Origin: Trueperaceae bacterium
GTDB lineage: Bacteria; Deinococcota; Deinococci; Deinococcales; Trueperaceae
Assembly: GCA_034520945.1 (NCBI GenBank)
Contig: JAXHNB010000002.1
Location: 224,001-288,000 of the forward strand
DNA length: 64,000 nucleotides
Direction: 5' to 3'
The notes under the pieces are model-generated. The model was given only the letters and a program-made list of their open reading frames with translations, was not told the DNA's origin and did not search any database. Made by a program: the position numbers and the translations under genes. The stretch's first letter is position 1; each line of letters opens with the position of its first letter. Shown here piece after piece: positions 59,735 to 64,000 of the stretch.

Positions 59735-62700
59735 GAGGTGGCTCCCTTCGTGCCGGTGTCGTCTGCGTCGGCAGGGGTGTCGGATGGGTCGTGGGCCGCC
59801 ATGCGCTCCAGCGCGGCCCAGCGTTCGTCGACGGCGTCCTGCGCCGCGTCGAGAAGTGCCTCGGCTTCGTCCGGGGCCGTCATGCGGAGCATGCGGTAGC
59901 GGTTCTCCTTCAAGGCGTACTCCCGGAAGGGGATCTTCGGCGGGCGGGAGTCGAGCTTCAGCGGGTTGGCGCCTTCCTCGGCGCGTCTCGGGTCGTAGCG
60001 GAACAACGGCCAGTACCCGCTGGTGGTGGCGAGTTTCTGCTGTTCCATGCCCTTGGACATGTCGATGCCGTGCGCGATGCAGTGCGAGTAGGCGATCACC
60101 AGCGACGGACCGGGGTAGGCCTCGGCCTCCAGCAGCGCACGGACGGTTTGCCCGTCGTTCGCGCCCATCGCGATCTGCGCGACGTAGACGTGCCCGTACG
60201 ACATCGCCATGCGCCCGAGGTCCTTCTTGGGGGTGCGCTTGCCGCCGGACGCGAACTTCGCGACCGCGCCCAGGCCGGTGGCCTTCGAGGCCTGTCCGCC
60301 GGTGTTGCTGTACACCTCGGTGTCGAGGACCAGCACGTTGACGTCCTTGCCGGAGGCGAGCACGTGATCCAAGCCGCCATACCCGATGTCGTAGGCCCAG
60401 CCGTCGCCGCCCACGATCCACACGTCGGTCCGGACCAACGCGTCCGCCAGGGCGTGAAGGTCGCGGGCCACCGGATCGTCGCGCCCGGCGAGCTTCGACT
60501 TCAACTCGCGCACCAATTCACGTTGGCGGGCCAGCGACGCCTCGTCCGCGCCGGCAGCGGCGTCGAGGGATTCGGCCAGCTCGCCGAGCCCCAACTCGGG
60601 ATCGCCCAGCAGGCGCCGCGCGTGCGCGGCCTGGGCGTCGATCGCCATCCGCATGCCCATCCCGAACTCCGCATTGTCCTCGAACAGCGAGTTGGACCAG
60701 GCCGGGCCGCGCCCTTCGGCGTTCTTCGTCCACGGCGTGGTCGGCAGGTTGCCGCCGTAAATGGACGAACAGCCGGTCGCGTTCGCGATCACGCTGCGGT
60801 CGCCGAACAGCTGGCTGAGGAGCTTGACGTACGGCGTCTCGCCGCACCCGGAGCAGGCACCGGAGAACTCGAACAGCGGCTCCAGCAGCTGCACCGACTT
60901 GACGTCCTTGAACGCCATGCCGTCGTGCCGCGGCACCTGGGGCAGCGACAGGAAGAAGTCCCAGTCCTTGCGCCCCTGCTCGCGCCGGGGAAGCTGCGGC
61001 TCCATCATCAGCGCCTTGCGGCCGACCTCGCTCTTGTCTTTGGCGGGGCAGACCTCGGCACAGAGCGTGCAGCCGGTGCAGTCCTCCACGGCGACCTGCA
61101 GGGTGTAGCGCACATCGCCGGCATCCTTGAAGCGTGGGGCCGCGTGCAGGAAACCGTCCGGGGCCTCCTCGAGCGCCTCGGTGGGGGCCAGGGTGGCGCG
61201 AATGGTGGAGTGCGGGCAGACCAGCACGCACTTGCCGCACTGGATGCAAATGTCCGGATCCCACACCGGGATCTCCTGCGCCAGGTTGCGCTTCTCGAAG
61301 CGCGCGGTGCCCACCGGCCAGGTGCCGTCCTCCGGCAGCGCCGACACCGGCAGCTCGTCGCCGCGATCCTCGAGCAGGACGGAGGTGACGTCACGGACGA
61401 AGTCCGGCGCGTCCGGCGCGACGGTGGGCGGACGGGCGGCGCCGAAGCCGTCCGTCGCCGGGAATCTCCACGCGCGCCAGGTGGTCGGTCGCGGCGTCGA
61501 CGGCGGCCAGGTTGCGGCGCACGATCGCCTCGCCGCGCGCGCCGTAGGTGGTGCGGATCGCTTCGCGGACCTTCGCGAAGGCGTCCTCGCGCGGCACCAC
61601 GTCGGTGAGCGCGAAGAAGCAGGCCTGCATGATGGTGTTGATGCGCGGCCCCAGTTCCATCTCCTCCGCCAGCGCGTCGGCGTGAATCGTCCACAGCGTC
61701 AGCTCGCGTTCGCGAATCACGCGCTGCGCCTCTTCGGGAAGGTGTTCCCACACTTCACTGGCCGGGTAGGGGGCGTTGATCAGCACCGTGGCGCCGTGCG
61801 CGGCCCGGTCCAGCACGTCGTAGCGCCAGAAGAAGTCGAACTGGTGCACGCCCACGAACTCGGCGCGGCCGATCAGGTAGGCGCTGCGGATCGGGTCGGG
61901 CCCGAAGCGCAGGTGGCTGATGGTGCGCGCACCCGCCTTGCGGGAGTCGTACACGAACGAGCCTTGGGCTTCGAGGCCCGCCTCCTCGCCGATGATCTTG
62001 ATGGTGTTCTTGGCGGCGCCGACGGTCCCATCCGACCCCAGGCCCCAGAACACCGCCCGACGGACGGTGTCCGGCTCGATGTCGAGCGTGTCGTCGTACG
62101 TCACGCTGCTGTCGGAAAGGTCGTCGCGGATGCCCAGCGTGAGGCGGCCGCGCGGACGTTCCTCCGCCATCTCGGCCAGCAGGCCCACCAGCATGGCGGG
62201 GGTCAGTTCCTTGGAGGAAAGCCCGTAGCGCACCCCGATGGCGCGCGGAGGGCTGCGCGAAGCGTGGCGCCTCGGCGTGCGCGTCCTCGTGAAGGGCGGT
62301 CTGCACGTCCTGCAGCAGCGGTTCGCCGGCCGAGCCCGGCTCCTTGGTGCGGTCCATCACCGCCAGCATGCGGGTGGTGTCGGGCAGGGCGGCCAGCAGC
62401 CGCGCGCCGTCGAACGGGCGGAACAGCCGCACCTTGAGCACGCCGACGCGTTCCCCGCGTGCGTTGGCCCACGCCACCGTCTCGTCGGCGGTGTCGGCCG
62501 CCGAACCCATCACGACCAGGACCCGATCGGCATCGGGGGCGCCGACGTAGTCGAACGGCCGGTAGTGCCGGCCGGTTCTGGCCGCGAAGGCGTCCATGGC
62601 CTCCTCGACCACGTCGGGCAGCGCGCGGTAGAGGGGCTCCACGCGCTCGCGGGACTGGAAGAACACGTCCGGGTTCTGCGCCGTGCCGCGCAGCACCGGC

Positions 62701-63335
62701 CGCGCGGGCGTGAGCGCCCGGGCGCGGAAGGCCCGGATGTCCGCCACGTCGATCAGCGCGCGCAGGTCGTCTTCGCTGACGAGGTCGACGCGGTGCACTT
62801 CGTGCGAGGTGCGGAACCCGTCCATCACGTGCACGAAGGGAATGCGACCACGTAGGGTCGCCGCCTGCGCGATCGCGGCCAGATCGTGCGCCTCCTGCAC
62901 CGACGCGGCGAACAGCATCGCCACGCCGGTGGCACGTGCCGCCATCACGTCCGAGTGATCCCCGAAGATCGACAGCGCGTGCGTCGCGACCGAGCGGGCC
63001 GCGACGTGGATCACCGCCGGGGTCAGCTCGCCGGCGATCTTGTAGAGATTCGGGATCATCAGCAGGAAGCCCTGGCTGGCCGTGAAGGTGGTGGTCAGCG
63101 CACCGGTTTGAAGCGAGCCGTGCACGGCGCCGGCGGCGCCGCCCTCGGCCTGCATCTCCTGCACCGTGGGGACCGAGCCGTACAGGTTGGGGCGGCCCTG
63201 CTGGGCCCAGGCGTCCGCGAGCTCGCCCATGGGCGAGGACGGGGTGATGGGGTAGATGGCGACGACTTCGTTCAACGCGTAGGCGACGTGCGCCACCGCC
63301 TCGTTGCCGTCGATGGTTCGAACGTTCGGTGCCAT
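59731..63335 (-). CDS. nifJ: Pyruvate:ferredoxin/flavodoxin oxidoreductase, two +1 frameshifts (about 62250 and 61461)
   Basis: YPITPSSPM, TTFTASQG, GLGSDGTVG, CIQCGKC..CP, CTGC..C..CP, GACSGCGETPY, GGDGWAYDIG. Confidence 0.93.
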
Positions 63336-63484
63336 GCGGCCTCCCGCCCCCGGCAGGCTCGATTCGTACCTCTGAGCCTACGGCCGGCGCCGCGGGGGCG
63401 GTAGGGATGAACGTCCGGCGGTGCGAGCCAAAGCGGCCGGTCTTCCGGTGCCCCGGATGACGGGCGGCCGCGTCGCCCCGGCCG

Positions 63485-64000
63485 TTACTCGCCCGGCGGG
63501 CCGCCCTGACGCTCCATGCGGTCCAAGCCTTGGTACACGCGCACGTTGGTCCATACCGCCTGCAGGTACTCGCGCGTCTCGAGCGCGTCGATCTCGCGAA
63601 GCAGGTCGTCCTTGTCGCGGCGGACCTCCTCGCCGTCGTACAGCCGGCCGATATAGCCCTGCCCCCGGTTGTAGCTGGGGACGACGAGTTCGAGGTCGCC
63701 GCGGAAGTAGTCACGCAGCCAGCCCAGGTAGTGGGTGCCGTAGCGAATGTTCGTGGCCGCGTCGAACGGATCGCCGGGGGGCTCTTCCTGGAGTTCGGCG
63801 ATCCAGTCCCAGGTGGAGGGCATGACCTGCATCAGTCCCTGCGCGCCCGAACGCGACACGGCGCGGGGGAAGAACGCGGATTCCTGGCGCATGACCGCCC
63901 ACACCAGTTCCGGCGGGACGTCGGCCTCCTTGGCTTCGGCCCGAACCAGACCCTCCCAGGCCCGCGGCCAGGCAAGGCGCCAGGTGCGGTACTGGCGACT
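63485..64000 (-). CDS. Lytic transglycosylase (SLT domain), C-terminal part
   Basis: AVMRQESAF, GAQGLMQVMPST, NIRYG..YL, SYNRG.G, ETREY. Confidence 0.88.
   Translation of the reverse strand, partial: SRQYRTWRLAWPRAWEGLVRAEAKEADVPPELVWAVMRQESAFFPRAVSRSGAQGLMQVMPSTWDWIAELQEEPPGDPFDAATNIRYGTHYLGWLRDYFRGDLELVVPSYNRGQGYIGRLYDGEEVRRDKDDLLREIDALETREYLQAVWTNVRVYQGLDRMERQGGPPGE

Overview
High-GC bacterial chromosome segment, most likely Deinococcota (Trueperaceae-like). The assignment is inferred from a stand-alone 23S-5S-tRNA-Gly operon with no 16S, a DdrH-like gene, many leaderless -10/start pairs and very acidic periplasmic proteins. Main contents in order: (1) 0.4-15 kb, a DNA-repair cluster (PA0069 radical SAM, uvrB, polA, SRAP, uvrC, MrfA-like helicase with an inserted HNH domain, MrfB-like exonuclease, SprT protease, DEDDh exonuclease). 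(2) 16-24 kb, a peptide-type ABC/catabolic cluster. (3) An AddAB-like pair, wrbA/hxlR/gpr, MOSC-moaA and MFS genes. (4) A polyamine ABC transporter split into convergent halves around a patch of decayed genes (IS30, RelE/ParE toxin, DUF2249). (5) 44.7-48.9 kb, an EAL gene, a secreted precursor with four identical AGSGSVVIPDVG cores, and a divergent large TPR/HTH regulator. This is the best candidate for an undescribed peptide-signalling system. (6) pxpBC-mgsA-ddrH. (7) 23S rRNA interrupted at E. coli position 1931 by a 626-nt group I intron encoding a LAGLIDADG homing endonuclease. (8) PFOR plus a DHOD-like gene with +1 frameshifts that are probably sequencing errors. All calls come from reading motifs by eye; no database searches were run.
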